Positions 18,860-27,577 of a stretch of DNA of 64,000 nt are shown here, one piece after another. Both the position numbers and the translations under genes were made by a program. The DNA is taken from the IMG/VR virus record IMGVR_UViG_3300045988_122538; one strand, written 5' to 3'. The notes beneath the pieces are model-generated. The model was not told where the DNA came from. It was given only the letters and a program-made list of their open reading frames with translations, and did not search any database. This DNA comes from a virus. Numbering within the stretch: position 1 is the stretch's first letter; each line of letters begins with the position of its first letter.

Positions 18860-18905
18860 AATAGCCTTTCCAGTGATTCGTTATTGAACATGCGTAAAGG
18901 CTATT
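18860..18905 (+). terminator. 10-bp hairpin with a 26-nt loop that contains the GATTCGTTAT motif
   Basis: AATAGCCTTT (18860-18869) pairs with AAAGGCTATT (18896-18905), followed by CTTATTT. Confidence 0.4.
18875..18885 (+). promoter_or_regulatory. Recurrent motif GATTCGTTATT
   Basis: Intergenic, 43 nt upstream of the ATG at 18928. Lies inside the hairpin loop. Confidence 0.4.
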
Positions 18906-18927
18906 CTTATTTATGGAGGTAATCAAC

Positions 18928-19431
18928 ATGAAACTAGAAGACATCAAAAAATCCGGTGTATATGTTTGTAACTGCCCAGAAAAATACTACAAAGGCAGTG
19001 CTCAGTTCATTAACTGGTGTCGAAACTGGACATTCACAGTTGGTAAAATCGTAACAGATGATTCTGGTAAAGTTGTACGGGCAACTTTATTTGACACTTA
19101 CTTCGACGACAAATGCATTGAAGTAGATGCTAACAATGTTCAAGACTTCAACTTCACAATGGACAGAAATCTAGTTAGAGAAGCTACTAGACATGAATGT
19201 CGTCTGTATGACTCTCATGATGTATTTGCAGCTAAAATGGATTCATCTGGTAAAGCAAAATATTTCATTAAGAAAGATGCAAAAGTATCTCAAGAACAGT
19301 TGATAGATAGTCTTATTCAAGATAAAGAAAACACTCAACACGAAATCAAAATGCTGAAGAGTAAGCTTGATTGTATCTGCGATGAGTTGAGTAAAGCAAT
19401 TGATGGTACACACTATTTATTGAATCGTTAA
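18928..19431 (+). CDS. Hypothetical protein
   Basis: ATG at 18928 preferred because GGAGGT at 18915-18920 would serve as its RBS. The track start is 18913. Confidence 0.55.
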   Translation: MKLEDIKKSGVYVCNCPEKYYKGSAQFINWCRNWTFTVGKIVTDDSGKVVRATLFDTYFDDKCIEVDANNVQDFNFTMDRNLVREATRHECRLYDSHDVFAAKMDSSGKAKYFIKKDAKVSQEQLIDSLIQDKENTQHEIKMLKSKLDCICDELSKAIDGTHYLLNR

Positions 19432-19453
19432 AACTGTTGTAGGAGGTGATAAC

Positions 19454-19987
19454 ATGTATGATATTGAATCAGTAATATTGCCATATGCAGATTGTCAACC
19501 TAATCATATCATTTTGCCATCAACGTTATTAGATAGAATGCCTGCACTTGTTTCAGAATCCGGTATCAATCCTAGATTTCAAAGCTTCTTTGAACGACTT
19601 GTAATTGCAGTTGCAGGCGATAAAATCAATTATAGCGTTGATGTTAGTAAATTGTTTGAATTAACAGATAAAAATGTTAGTTTAGAAGAATTTTCAACTA
19701 TGATAGACGATGCATGGAGTTCACACTTTTCAGCAATGAAATCATCAAATTCGTCATTGATGCAAACTGGTATTGACATTGAACTCAATATGGATAGATT
19801 TCAAGAAATTCATAGAAATCTGATAGGAGGATTCAATGTAATAACCTATCATATTGATATGAACACTGATGAATTCACAGGAGCGATTGTACCGAAACTC
19901 ACAAAGGCACATACAGAATTGCTATTCACATACAAGAATGACGAGTTTGTATTGCTACCATGCTTTAGTGCATTCACATATGAATAA
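19454..19987 (+). CDS. Hypothetical protein
   Basis: 177-aa ORF with RBS AGGAGGTGA upstream. Confidence 0.55.
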   Translation: MYDIESVILPYADCQPNHIILPSTLLDRMPALVSESGINPRFQSFFERLVIAVAGDKINYSVDVSKLFELTDKNVSLEEFSTMIDDAWSSHFSAMKSSNSSLMQTGIDIELNMDRFQEIHRNLIGGFNVITYHIDMNTDEFTGAIVPKLTKAHTELLFTYKNDEFVLLPCFSAFTYE

Positions 19988-20006
19988 TGTATAGGAGATG
20001 TTATAA

Positions 20007-20333
20007 ATGTCTGATAAAGTTCCTAAGTGTGAAACTATTGATTATTTACTTACATGCGTAGCTGAAGAATGTTCCGAAGTAAGCAAAGAAGCTATCAAAG
20101 GTATCAGATTTGGCCTGCATGATAAATGGCAAGATAAACCTACAGCACATGATGCAATCATTGCTGAATATTATGATTTAGTTGCAGTAATGAATATGCT
20201 GTTTGAAAACAACGTCTTGTCTAAACCATCTGATGAAAAAGTAGCTGATATGATAAATCGAAAGAAAGATCGTGTTAGATGCTTCATGGCTTATTCCGCA
20301 AACTGCGGACATTTCAAAGGAGAAATTGTATGA
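20007..20333 (+). CDS. MazG-like nucleotide pyrophosphohydrolase (tentative)
   Basis: 108 aa. VAEECSEVSKEAIKGIRFG ... EYYDLVAVM resembles the EExxE...K..RFG / E..D helical core of small MazG-family NTP-PPases. Confidence 0.4.
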   Translation: MSDKVPKCETIDYLLTCVAEECSEVSKEAIKGIRFGLHDKWQDKPTAHDAIIAEYYDLVAVMNMLFENNVLSKPSDEKVADMINRKKDRVRCFMAYSANCGHFKGEIV

Positions 20334-20815
20334 GTATACTTGATGATACTAATAAGAAGATCTGTAAATATGACATTGAAATTGATGCTGGTGAAGATGT
20401 AGATACATCTACAGAAAGCTTTTCAGCTATGTATAATTTCATTATGGAGCTTGTGAACGAACTTCTTGATGATGACGTAACTGTAGTTGTAGCAAGAGTC
20501 CCTGACTGTTACAACGTAGATGAAATCAACGATGAACTTGAATCTTTGATAGCATATATTCGTGCAGAGTTTTCAGTCAAAGCTCCTAAAGCATTTATTC
20601 TTGGTTCGTGCTTCGATATCAAATGCACCAACAGACCAAGTAAAATTATCATGTGGCCTGAAATTATGGAGATTGCATTTACAGATGATGAAGAAAATTC
20701 TGAAGGTGATAACTCATCAGAATCTGTTGAAAATGAACAGTTCACTAAAGAGATGAGCAGAATGATAAATGAAGTGAATGCTCCGAAGATCATCACTCCT
20801 GATATTATTATTTAA
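20330..20815 (+). CDS. Hypothetical acidic protein
   Basis: In-frame ATG at 20330 overlaps the upstream stop. Asp/Glu-rich. Confidence 0.5.
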   Translation: MSILDDTNKKICKYDIEIDAGEDVDTSTESFSAMYNFIMELVNELLDDDVTVVVARVPDCYNVDEINDELESLIAYIRAEFSVKAPKAFILGSCFDIKCTNRPSKIIMWPEIMEIAFTDDEENSEGDNSSESVENEQFTKEMSRMINEVNAPKIITPDIII

Positions 20816-20830
20816 TTTTTGGAGGTTCAT

Positions 20831-20980
20831 ATGAAACTATCAGATAAAGTGTGCTTATTTGTTGGTAAATCTGTACTAATGTGTTTAACTATATGTGCAG
20901 GTTGTGCTGTTGCATTCATAGGCTTGATAAAAATTGAACAGTACAAATTATCTAATAAAAGGAGGAATCTTCATATGTAA
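20831..20980 (+). CDS. Small membrane protein (49 aa, not in the ORF track)
   Basis: Hand translation: MKLSDKVCLFVGKSVLMCLTICAGCAVAFIGLIKIEQYKLSNKRRNLHM. One hydrophobic helix. RBS GGAGGT lies 5 nt upstream. Confidence 0.5.
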   Translation: MKLSDKVCLFVGKSVLMCLTICAGCAVAFIGLIKIEQYKLSNKRRNLHM

Positions 20981-21010
20981 TACAACCTTATATAGATGTG
21001 AAATGAATAC

Positions 21011-21062
21011 AGCGAGTTATGTAGCATCCTGAAATCCTCGCTAAAATCAAAACATAAAGGAG
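21011..21062 (+). promoter_or_regulatory. preQ1-I-riboswitch-like H-type pseudoknot in the leader of the transporter gene
   Basis: P1 is AGCGAG (21011-16) with CTCGCT (21037-42). The loop starts UUAUGUAGC and ends in C. An A-rich tail AAAAUCAAA follows. ACAUA (21052-56) is complementary to loop UAUGU and abuts the SD AAGGAG (21057-62). The ATG is at 21071. Confidence 0.4.
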
Positions 21063-21070
21063 TTTTTGTT

Positions 21071-21733
21071 ATGTACGAAGAAAGTAAATCTTCAAATTCA
21101 GGAATTTCTACAATGCTGCTCATGTTAGTAGTAATCTTTGTAGGATTCTTGATGATGTCAAACATTCTTGCAAACAGAATGATTCAGTTATGGATCTTCT
21201 CTATTGATGCAGGAACTTTGACATTTCCTATCACCTATATACTGTCTGATGTATTCTCTGAAGTTTACGGATATAAATGGTCTAGAAGAGTAACATGGAT
21301 AGCTGCAGGTATGAACTTAATATTTTCGCTGTTGATTATGATTGCTTGCGTATTACCACATCCTGACTGGTATGATGCTAGCCCGTTTACAACAGCTATA
21401 GGTAGCTCTTATAGAATTGTAGTTGCAAGCCTTGTATCGTATGTATGTGGAGACTTTGTAAATGATAGAGTATTCCGAGCATATAAGCGACGTAAACCAG
21501 GTTTGAAGCATTTTTCTATAAGGGCAATTATGTCCTCTTTTTACGGAGAAATTGTTGATACAAGTTTATTTGTATTGATAGCATTTTTAGGTACAATGCC
21601 TGTTAGTGAGATGTTACCTATGATTTTGATAAGCATTGTCATCAAAACTGGATATGAAGCTGTTATTCTACCATTAACTTGTAGGATAACAAGATGGGTA
21701 CATACACATGAGGGAGGACAATATGAGTTATAA
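21071..21733 (+). CDS. yhhQ: Queuosine-precursor transporter (YhhQ/COG1738 family)
   Basis: 220 aa with about 6 TM segments. Family-typical FPITYILSDVFSEVYGYKWSRRV and GDFVNDRVF. Confidence 0.8.
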   Translation: MYEESKSSNSGISTMLLMLVVIFVGFLMMSNILANRMIQLWIFSIDAGTLTFPITYILSDVFSEVYGYKWSRRVTWIAAGMNLIFSLLIMIACVLPHPDWYDASPFTTAIGSSYRIVVASLVSYVCGDFVNDRVFRAYKRRKPGLKHFSIRAIMSSFYGEIVDTSLFVLIAFLGTMPVSEMLPMILISIVIKTGYEAVILPLTCRITRWVHTHEGGQYEL

Positions 21734-22391
21734 AACAATTGTAGTTACAGGATCTGCTAACGGTATAGGATTAGCAACTGTACAATTCTTTTTGAGAATG
21801 GATACTAAGTTCAGTGTAATTGGGCTTGACATAAAAGATTGTCCTGCTGAATTAAAAGGTAATCTAAGATACGTTCATTGCAAATGTGACGTAAGAGGAG
21901 AATTACCTGATATCCCGAACGTGAATATACTCATAAACAATGCCGGTGTTCAGAATACAGGTTATGATATTGACGTGAACCTCAAAGGGACTATCAACTG
22001 TACAGAAAAATATGGTATTCAGCCTTGCATTGATTCAATTGTCAATGTATCGTCTGTAAGTGCTCACAATGGTGCAGAATTCCCTGAATACTGTGCAAGC
22101 AAAGGAGGTATGCTTGCATATACAATCAATACAGCTAAACGTGTAGCTATTTTCAGAGCTACATGTAATAGCATATCGCCTGGCGGTGTAATCACTGAAC
22201 TAAATAATCCAGTTATGCAGGACAATAAAAAATGGGTCAGCATCATAGGACAGACGCCTCTCAGAAAATGGGCAACAGCTGATGAAATTGCTCAATGGAT
22301 ATATTTCATATCTGTTGTGAATAGAAGTATGACTGGTCAAGACATCATAATTGATAATGGAGAAATGATAAATCACAGATTCATATGGTGA
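21723..22391 (+). CDS. Short-chain dehydrogenase/reductase (classical SDR)
   Basis: TGSANGIG cofactor motif, NNAG, catalytic Ser (VSSVS) and YCASK (YxxxK). ATG at 21723 follows RBS GGGAGGA. Confidence 0.85.
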   Translation: MSYKTIVVTGSANGIGLATVQFFLRMDTKFSVIGLDIKDCPAELKGNLRYVHCKCDVRGELPDIPNVNILINNAGVQNTGYDIDVNLKGTINCTEKYGIQPCIDSIVNVSSVSAHNGAEFPEYCASKGGMLAYTINTAKRVAIFRATCNSISPGGVITELNNPVMQDNKKWVSIIGQTPLRKWATADEIAQWIYFISVVNRSMTGQDIIIDNGEMINHRFIW

Positions 22392-22406
22392 TGGTCATTC
22401 ATACTT

Positions 22407-22417
22407 GATTCGTTATA
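22407..22417 (+). promoter_or_regulatory. Recurrent motif GATTCGTTATA
   Basis: Intergenic, 72 nt upstream of the queF ATG. Confidence 0.4.
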
Positions 22418-22488
22418 TAAGTTAGATTCAACATCAGATATTGAATTTGATTTGATGGTGAACATAAACAAACAAGGAGGTCAAAAAT

Positions 22489-22995
22489 ATGTCAAATGTA
22501 AGCAGAAATGCAGAGGAACTCAATGGAGTAACTTTGCTAGGAAATCAGAACACCCAGTATGCCGATGACTATGCACCGGAGGTTCTTGAAACATTTGTAA
22601 ACAAGCATATGGATCATGACTATGTTGTTACTTTTGATGCATACGAATTCACATCTAAGTGCCCTAAGACTGGTCAGCCAGACTTTGCAAAGGTAGTTAT
22701 CAGCTATATTCCAAACGAACGAATGGTTGAAAGCAAGTCTTTGAAGCTGTATTTGTTCAGCTTTAGAAATCATGGAGATTTCCATGAAGACTGCATGAAT
22801 ATCATCATGGAGGATCTTATCAAGCTTATGGATCCAAAGTATATCGAAGTAAAAGGTATTTTCTCTCCTAGAGGTGGTATTTCTATCTATCCATTCGTCA
22901 ATTATGCAACATCTGGATATAGACACATTGCAGAATCAAGAAGACTTGATGCAATGAGAGATGCAGCTAATCGTACAGTAAGATACGATATGTAA
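22489..22995 (+). CDS. queF: NADPH-dependent 7-cyano-7-deazaguanine (preQ0) reductase, unimodular type
   Basis: 168 aa. Catalytic Cys in [11 protein letters not shown]. QueF motif [13 protein letters not shown]. Confidence 0.9.
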   Translation: MSNVSRNAEELNGVTLLGNQNTQYADDYAPEVLETFVNKHMDHDYVVTFDAYEFTSKCPKTGQPDFAKVVISYIPNERMVESKSLKLYLFSFRNHGDFHEDCMNIIMEDLIKLMDPKYIEVKGIFSPRGGISIYPFVNYATSGYRHIAESRRLDAMRDAANRTVRYDM

Positions 22996-23028
22996 TCTAA
23001 TCAGAATTCAACTGAAGGGACAGTGCTG

Positions 23029-23056
23029 TTGACCTAGCTCTTCAGATGGATAATAT
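23029..23056 (+). promoter_or_regulatory. Possible internal sigma-A-type promoter before queC
   Basis: TTGACC (23029-34), a 16-nt spacer, then TAATAT (23051-56). Confidence 0.3.
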
Positions 23057-23080
23057 AAAAACAGAAAGGAATATTGAATC

Positions 23081-23794
23081 ATGGCAAAGAAAGCATTGGT
23101 ACTGAGTAGCGGAGGCGTAGATTCTACTACATGCGTAGGAATCGCAGTTAAGAGATTTGGAGCAGAAAATGTTTCAACAATCTCTGTATTCTACGGACAG
23201 AAACACCATAAGGAACTGGAGTGTGCAGCAAAAGTTGCAGAGTACTACAATGTAAATCATGTAGAACTCGATCTGTCTAATGTTCTCAAATATTCTAACT
23301 GCTCGCTGCTTGAATCTAGCACAGAAGCTATTATTCACAAGAGTTATGCAGATCAGATCAAAGAGAATGGTGAAGGCAAGGTAAGCACATATGTACCATT
23401 CAGAAATGGACTTATGTTGTCAGCTGTTGCAGCTGTTGCTCAGTCTGTTTATCCAGACGACGATGTATATGTATACCTTGGAGCTCATGCTGACGATGCA
23501 GCTGGTAACGCATACGCAGATTGCAGTCAGGACTTCACAGATGCAATGAAGAAAGCTATCGAAATTGGAACTTATGGAAAAGTTCATCTTGAAGCTCCGC
23601 TTGTAAACTTAAACAAGGCTCAGGTGGTTGCAAAAGGCTTATCTATCAACGTACCATATCAGTATACATGGAGCTGTTATGAGGGTGGTGATACTCCATG
23701 CGGAACTTGTGGAACTTGTATTGATCGTGCAAACGCATTCAAAGCAAATGGAGTAGAAGATCCTGCATTGTCTGGAGGTGTTGAAAATGTATGA
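23081..23794 (+). CDS. queC: 7-cyano-7-deazaguanine synthase
   Basis: PP-loop LSSGGVDSTT and a C-terminal zinc cluster CYEGGDTPCGTCGTCIDR. Confidence 0.92.
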   Translation: MAKKALVLSSGGVDSTTCVGIAVKRFGAENVSTISVFYGQKHHKELECAAKVAEYYNVNHVELDLSNVLKYSNCSLLESSTEAIIHKSYADQIKENGEGKVSTYVPFRNGLMLSAVAAVAQSVYPDDDVYVYLGAHADDAAGNAYADCSQDFTDAMKKAIEIGTYGKVHLEAPLVNLNKAQVVAKGLSINVPYQYTWSCYEGGDTPCGTCGTCIDRANAFKANGVEDPALSGGVENV

Positions 23795-24164
23795 AGTTTC
23801 AAAAAGAATGGAAATTGCAGGAGCTCACAGACTATCGTTGTCATACGATAGTCCTTGCCAAAATCTACATGGTCATAACTGGGTCGTAACTGTCTATTGC
23901 AGAGGTTCTGAGCTAGACGAAAATGGTATGGTCGTTGATTTTGCAAATGTGAAAAAAGCTATCCACGGTGCTTTGGATCACCAGTTTATCAATGATGTTC
24001 TACCAAATGGTATGAATCCTACTGCTGAAAATATGGCGAAGTGGATCTGTACAAAAGTAACAAATATGTGCAAGACTGGATATTGTTACAAAGTGACTGT
24101 GCAGGAAAGTGAAGGAAATATTGCCTCATATATTGAAACGGAGGTATCTCGTGAAAGTAGTTGA
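23787..24164 (+). CDS. queD: 6-carboxy-5,6,7,8-tetrahydropterin synthase
   Basis: CxxxHGH motif (CQNLHGHNW), about 125 aa. ATG at 23787 overlaps the queC stop. Confidence 0.9.
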   Translation: MYEVSKRMEIAGAHRLSLSYDSPCQNLHGHNWVVTVYCRGSELDENGMVVDFANVKKAIHGALDHQFINDVLPNGMNPTAENMAKWICTKVTNMCKTGYCYKVTVQESEGNIASYIETEVSRESS

Positions 24165-24807
24165 AATTTTCAAGAGTATTGAAGGTGAAGGTAAGCGTGC
24201 TGGCTTGCCTTGCACATTCATCAGACTATTTGGCTGTAATCTGAGATGCAAATACTGTGACACACCATATGGTTGGTCACATGAATATAAAAATGATGCA
24301 AAAGAAATGTCAGCAGATGACATCATTGCAGCAGTTGATGCAATGAATGTGCCTAATGTCACCATCACAGGTGGAGAACCACTTCTCCAAGACCATAATG
24401 AAATGATGTGTTTACTTTCAGCATTGAGTTTCAAGGGTTATGATATAAACGTAGAAACTAATGGTACTATGATGCCTTTACTTCACAGTTTGAGTAACGT
24501 CTTTTACACAGTAGATTACAAGACAGATGCAAGTGGTATGTCGTCAAGGATGGACATGAATGTTATGAAATCACTCAGTGGTAAAGATGTATTGAAGTTT
24601 GTTGTAGGCAGTATTGATGATTGTAAGCAAGCAAAGTGTATCATTGATTCTATCAAGACAGAAGCTGCTGTTTATTTCAGCCCGGTTTTTGGTATGATTG
24701 AACCAAAGGACATTGTTAAGTTCTTGCTTGATAACAATATGTATAATTGTCATGTACAAGTACAACTTCATAAGATCATTTGGCCTGCAGATATGAGAGG
24801 AGTATAA
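24151..24807 (+). CDS. queE: 7-carboxy-7-deazaguanine synthase (radical SAM)
   Basis: [11 protein letters not shown] opening and the cluster motif [15 protein letters not shown] at 24151 is preceded by GGAGGT (24141-46). Confidence 0.9.
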   Translation: MKVVEIFKSIEGEGKRAGLPCTFIRLFGCNLRCKYCDTPYGWSHEYKNDAKEMSADDIIAAVDAMNVPNVTITGGEPLLQDHNEMMCLLSALSFKGYDINVETNGTMMPLLHSLSNVFYTVDYKTDASGMSSRMDMNVMKSLSGKDVLKFVVGSIDDCKQAKCIIDSIKTEAAVYFSPVFGMIEPKDIVKFLLDNNMYNCHVQVQLHKIIWPADMRGV

Positions 24808-24808
24808 T

Positions 24809-25387
24809 ATGAAAACTATCGACACTGATAAAATCCAAGAAGCTATTAAGATGATTCTTGAAGCACTTGGAGATGATGTAAACAGGGAAGGTCTTGTAGA
24901 AACGCCTAAACGTGTTGCAAATATGTACAAAGAAGTATTCGAAGGTATGCAATATACAAATGCTGAAATTGCAGGTATGTTCAACAAGTGCTTTGAAGAT
25001 GCAAGCTTCGGAGACCTTGTAACTGTAAGTGATATTCCTATTTTCAGCTACTGTGAGCATCATCTTGCATTGATGTATAATATGAAAGTTCATGTAGGAT
25101 ACATACCTAACGGTAAGGTAATCGGCTTGAGCAAAATCGCGAGAATTGCTGATATGGTAGGTAAAAGACTTCAGCTCCAGGAACGAATTGGTACCGACAT
25201 TTCTGAGGTACTCCATATGATCCTCGACACCGAAGATATCATTGTAGTTATCGAAGGCGAACATTCTTGTATGACTGCTAGAGGTATCAAGAAACCAGGT
25301 TGTAAGACACGAACAAGTGCTATCAGAGGTGCATTTGCTAACGACAGTAACCTCAGAAAAGAATTCTATGATCTGGTTATCAAATAA
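24809..25387 (+). CDS. folE: GTP cyclohydrolase I
   Basis: [17 protein letters not shown] and the HSCM(T)ARG motifs typical of FolE type I. Confidence 0.92.
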   Translation: MKTIDTDKIQEAIKMILEALGDDVNREGLVETPKRVANMYKEVFEGMQYTNAEIAGMFNKCFEDASFGDLVTVSDIPIFSYCEHHLALMYNMKVHVGYIPNGKVIGLSKIARIADMVGKRLQLQERIGTDISEVLHMILDTEDIIVVIEGEHSCMTARGIKKPGCKTRTSAIRGAFANDSNLRKEFYDLVIK

Positions 25388-25417
25388 TCAATAAGTGATA
25401 AACAAAATATAACACAG

Positions 25418-25449
25418 AAAGGTTGTAGCTCATAAACTACAACCTTTTA
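25418..25449 (+). terminator. Intrinsic terminator closing the deazaguanine operon
   Basis: AAAGGTTGTAG (25418-28) pairs with CTACAACCTTT (25437-47), followed by T residues. Confidence 0.75.
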
Positions 25450-25456
25450 TATTGTC

Positions 25457-25467
25457 GATTCGTTATA
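25457..25467 (+). promoter_or_regulatory. Recurrent motif GATTCGTTATA
   Basis: Eight nt after the terminator and 34 nt upstream of the ATG at 25501. TATAAT follows at 25470-75. Confidence 0.45.
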
Positions 25468-25500
25468 CATATAATAAATACAAAGTAGGTGATAAATGTA

Positions 25501-26391
25501 ATGGGTATAACATTTAGCCCTAGACGTCAATTTGGTATACCTATGTATTTCTCAAAAGATAATCCTAATTTCTCCATTGTGATGCAAAATAACAGATACT
25601 ACATCAGGATTCTAGAAAATAGAGAATGGGTATATCCATCATGGGATGAAGCTATTGATGGATTCAGAACTTTGAGTGATGCTCAAACTTGGCTCAACAA
25701 ACATGATTGGGAAAACGCTACATCTAGTAGTATTGACAATAACAAAGATGCTGAAAGCAAATATGAATCTGATTTTATTGATGCTATGAAGCTATTAGGT
25801 CTAGAAAAGTCTACAGATGCATTTTATGATGGTGAAGATGTATACACGTTATCAACTGTAACAGATTCTGGCGATAATTTGGATATACGTGTCATTAAAT
25901 ATTCAGATACAATAGCTGTAGATTATTGGATAAATAATAAGCTTCTACCTAATTCAGCTAAACCTGCAGATACATTGAATATATCAAGAACCGTACGTAA
26001 CATAGAGCGTATGATGAACAAATATGGTTACAACATATTTGCAAATACTGCAATTGTAGATAGACAAAATAGATTTGCAGTTATGGCAGCTGCTAGTACA
26101 AAAGATGCTGCAAAAAATCTTGTAAAAGTAAGATCGTCTAATGTATGGGCATATGGTATGAATATCAAAGACCGTAAAAGCAAAGTAGGTGATTTACTTG
26201 TTCAGTTCAAAGATACTCAAGGTGGACCAGGAGATATATACATCTATTATGATGTACCAATAATTGTATATCGTAGATGGCAGTCTGCACCAAGTAAAGG
26301 TCATTATTTTTGGATATACATCCGAAATAATTATAAATATTCAAAGCTAACTGGTGATAAACGTGGTAAATTGAAAAATGCTATCAACTAG
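25501..26391 (+). CDS. KTSC-domain-containing protein
   Basis: The C-terminal about 70 aa (VRSSNVWAYGMN...LLVQFKDTQGGPGDIYIYYDVPIIVYRRWQSAPSKGHYFWIYIRNNYKYSKL) fit the KTSC domain pattern. An alternative GTG start is at 25489. Confidence 0.6.
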   Translation: MGITFSPRRQFGIPMYFSKDNPNFSIVMQNNRYYIRILENREWVYPSWDEAIDGFRTLSDAQTWLNKHDWENATSSSIDNNKDAESKYESDFIDAMKLLGLEKSTDAFYDGEDVYTLSTVTDSGDNLDIRVIKYSDTIAVDYWINNKLLPNSAKPADTLNISRTVRNIERMMNKYGYNIFANTAIVDRQNRFAVMAAASTKDAAKNLVKVRSSNVWAYGMNIKDRKSKVGDLLVQFKDTQGGPGDIYIYYDVPIIVYRRWQSAPSKGHYFWIYIRNNYKYSKLTGDKRGKLKNAIN

Positions 26392-26402
26392 GAGGAACAA
26401 AT

Positions 26403-26876
26403 ATGAAACTGAAACATACAATAAAAAGTGCTACTGCAGTAACAGCGGCTATGCAAATAGGTACCACTTATTATAGAGTGACACTGGACGACATTGAGTC
26501 TGTTATGCAAGATAGCACAGATGCAAATATCTGGATTCTGAAATCTTTTCAAGAACTTGGATGGGACGCAATTGATTTTGAACATAATTTATTTGGAAGT
26601 CAAGTAATAGATGATGTTCTTTATATCTGCAACACAGATGGACGTGATATTGATGTAAGGGGAGAAAAAGTTGACCCTGAAACTGCATTAGATGATTACA
26701 AATTATCCGACCTATCCACTTATATAGAGGATGCAGATGAAGAAATTATATTGAAATATATCACACCTTATGAAATCAAAACACCAAAATTCAACAATTG
26801 GGCATCTGAATTGCTGAAAGATGGTTATACATTCACTGACCTTGTAAATGATGCTCAGGAGTTTTCTGATTTCTAA
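26403..26876 (+). CDS. Hypothetical acidic protein
   Basis: 157-aa ORF with RBS TAGGAGGA upstream. Confidence 0.55.
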   Translation: MKLKHTIKSATAVTAAMQIGTTYYRVTLDDIESVMQDSTDANIWILKSFQELGWDAIDFEHNLFGSQVIDDVLYICNTDGRDIDVRGEKVDPETALDDYKLSDLSTYIEDADEEIILKYITPYEIKTPKFNNWASELLKDGYTFTDLVNDAQEFSDF

Positions 26877-26904
26877 CTGACGTGACCACAGCTCTCAAAA
26901 TATA

Positions 26905-26915
26905 GAATCGTTATA
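26905..26915 (+). promoter_or_regulatory. Recurrent motif GAATCGTTATA with upstream CACAGCTCTCAA box
   Basis: CACAGCTCTCAA-N6-GAATCGTTATA. The same arrangement (CACAACTCTCAA-N6-GAATCGTTATA) recurs at 28521-28549. Confidence 0.45.
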
Positions 26916-26950
26916 GACTATGTAATAATCAATTACATAGTCTATTTTTT
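26914..26950 (+). terminator. Intrinsic terminator overlapping the motif
   Basis: TAGACTATGTAAT (26914-26) pairs with ATTACATAGTCTA (26932-44), followed by TTTTTT. Confidence 0.6.
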
Positions 26951-26971
26951 ATATTCAGGAGGTAAATAACG

Positions 26972-27226
26972 ATGGAGGTAAAATTTCTTGGTACACACAT
27001 GGTTTCTATGACGAAGGATCTTGCAATCTTCAAGATTGATGAATCTGCATTAACTGCTGTATCTGGATTCATGAATTACAGCGGTGATGTTGAATCGAAG
27101 AGATCTACAAAGATCCACTTCGACAAGAAGGGTGAACCTTACATTGTGAGATACAACTGCCAGTATATGCTCGCAAACTTTGTAAGACCTAATTTAGAAA
27201 TGGGGGTAAGTATCCACCATGCCTAA
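26972..27226 (+). CDS. Hypothetical protein
   Basis: 84-aa ORF with RBS CAGGAGGT upstream. Confidence 0.55.
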   Translation: MEVKFLGTHMVSMTKDLAIFKIDESALTAVSGFMNYSGDVESKRSTKIHFDKKGEPYIVRYNCQYMLANFVRPNLEMGVSIHHA

Positions 27227-27563
27227 TAAGAACTGGACTATCCGCGATAAGGTAGAATATCTCCTCGACCGTTCTGTCCGTGCGAGAAACGACGACAAGT
27301 ATCTTACACTGCTGTATTGGAAGTATGCAGATAAAATAGACCTTCAGAATCTTGCTCATGAATATCTAGAAAAAGCTACCCCAGCTACTTCTATTATTCG
27401 TGCAAGATGTTTGATTCAATCAGCAGGATTGTATCCACCGTCACCTGAAGTAGCTGAGCGTAGGGGTAGGAAAGAAAAAGCATTTCGCAGGAGTATCTAT
27501 AACGAAGGTGAGGTTCCATCTGAAGAAGATGTAGACAACTATGTAGATGACGAATTTGATTGA
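27219..27563 (+). CDS. Hypothetical protein
   Basis: 114-aa ORF overlapping the upstream stop. Basic centre and acidic tail. Confidence 0.55.
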   Translation: MPNKNWTIRDKVEYLLDRSVRARNDDKYLTLLYWKYADKIDLQNLAHEYLEKATPATSIIRARCLIQSAGLYPPSPEVAERRGRKEKAFRRSIYNEGEVPSEEDVDNYVDDEFD

Positions 27564-27577
27564 TAAGGAGGATTGAT

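Noticed and set aside
22440-22488. Hairpin ATTCAA...TTGAAT and the A-rich AACAAACAAGGAGG before queF, considered as another riboswitch
   Set aside because: No pseudoknot complementarity or conserved aptamer features could be identified. It is probably an ordinary leader.
23012-23075. Second pseudoknot-like element before queC: P1 is CTGAAG/CTTCAG, and loop CTGTT is complementary to AACAG just before the RBS
   Set aside because: L1 would be 8 nt and the tail is not A-rich in the preQ1-I manner. A 5-nt complementarity is expected by chance. The same bases form a plausible TTGACC-16-TAATAT promoter, which would exclude the 5' arm from the transcript. It is kept only as a weak promoter call.
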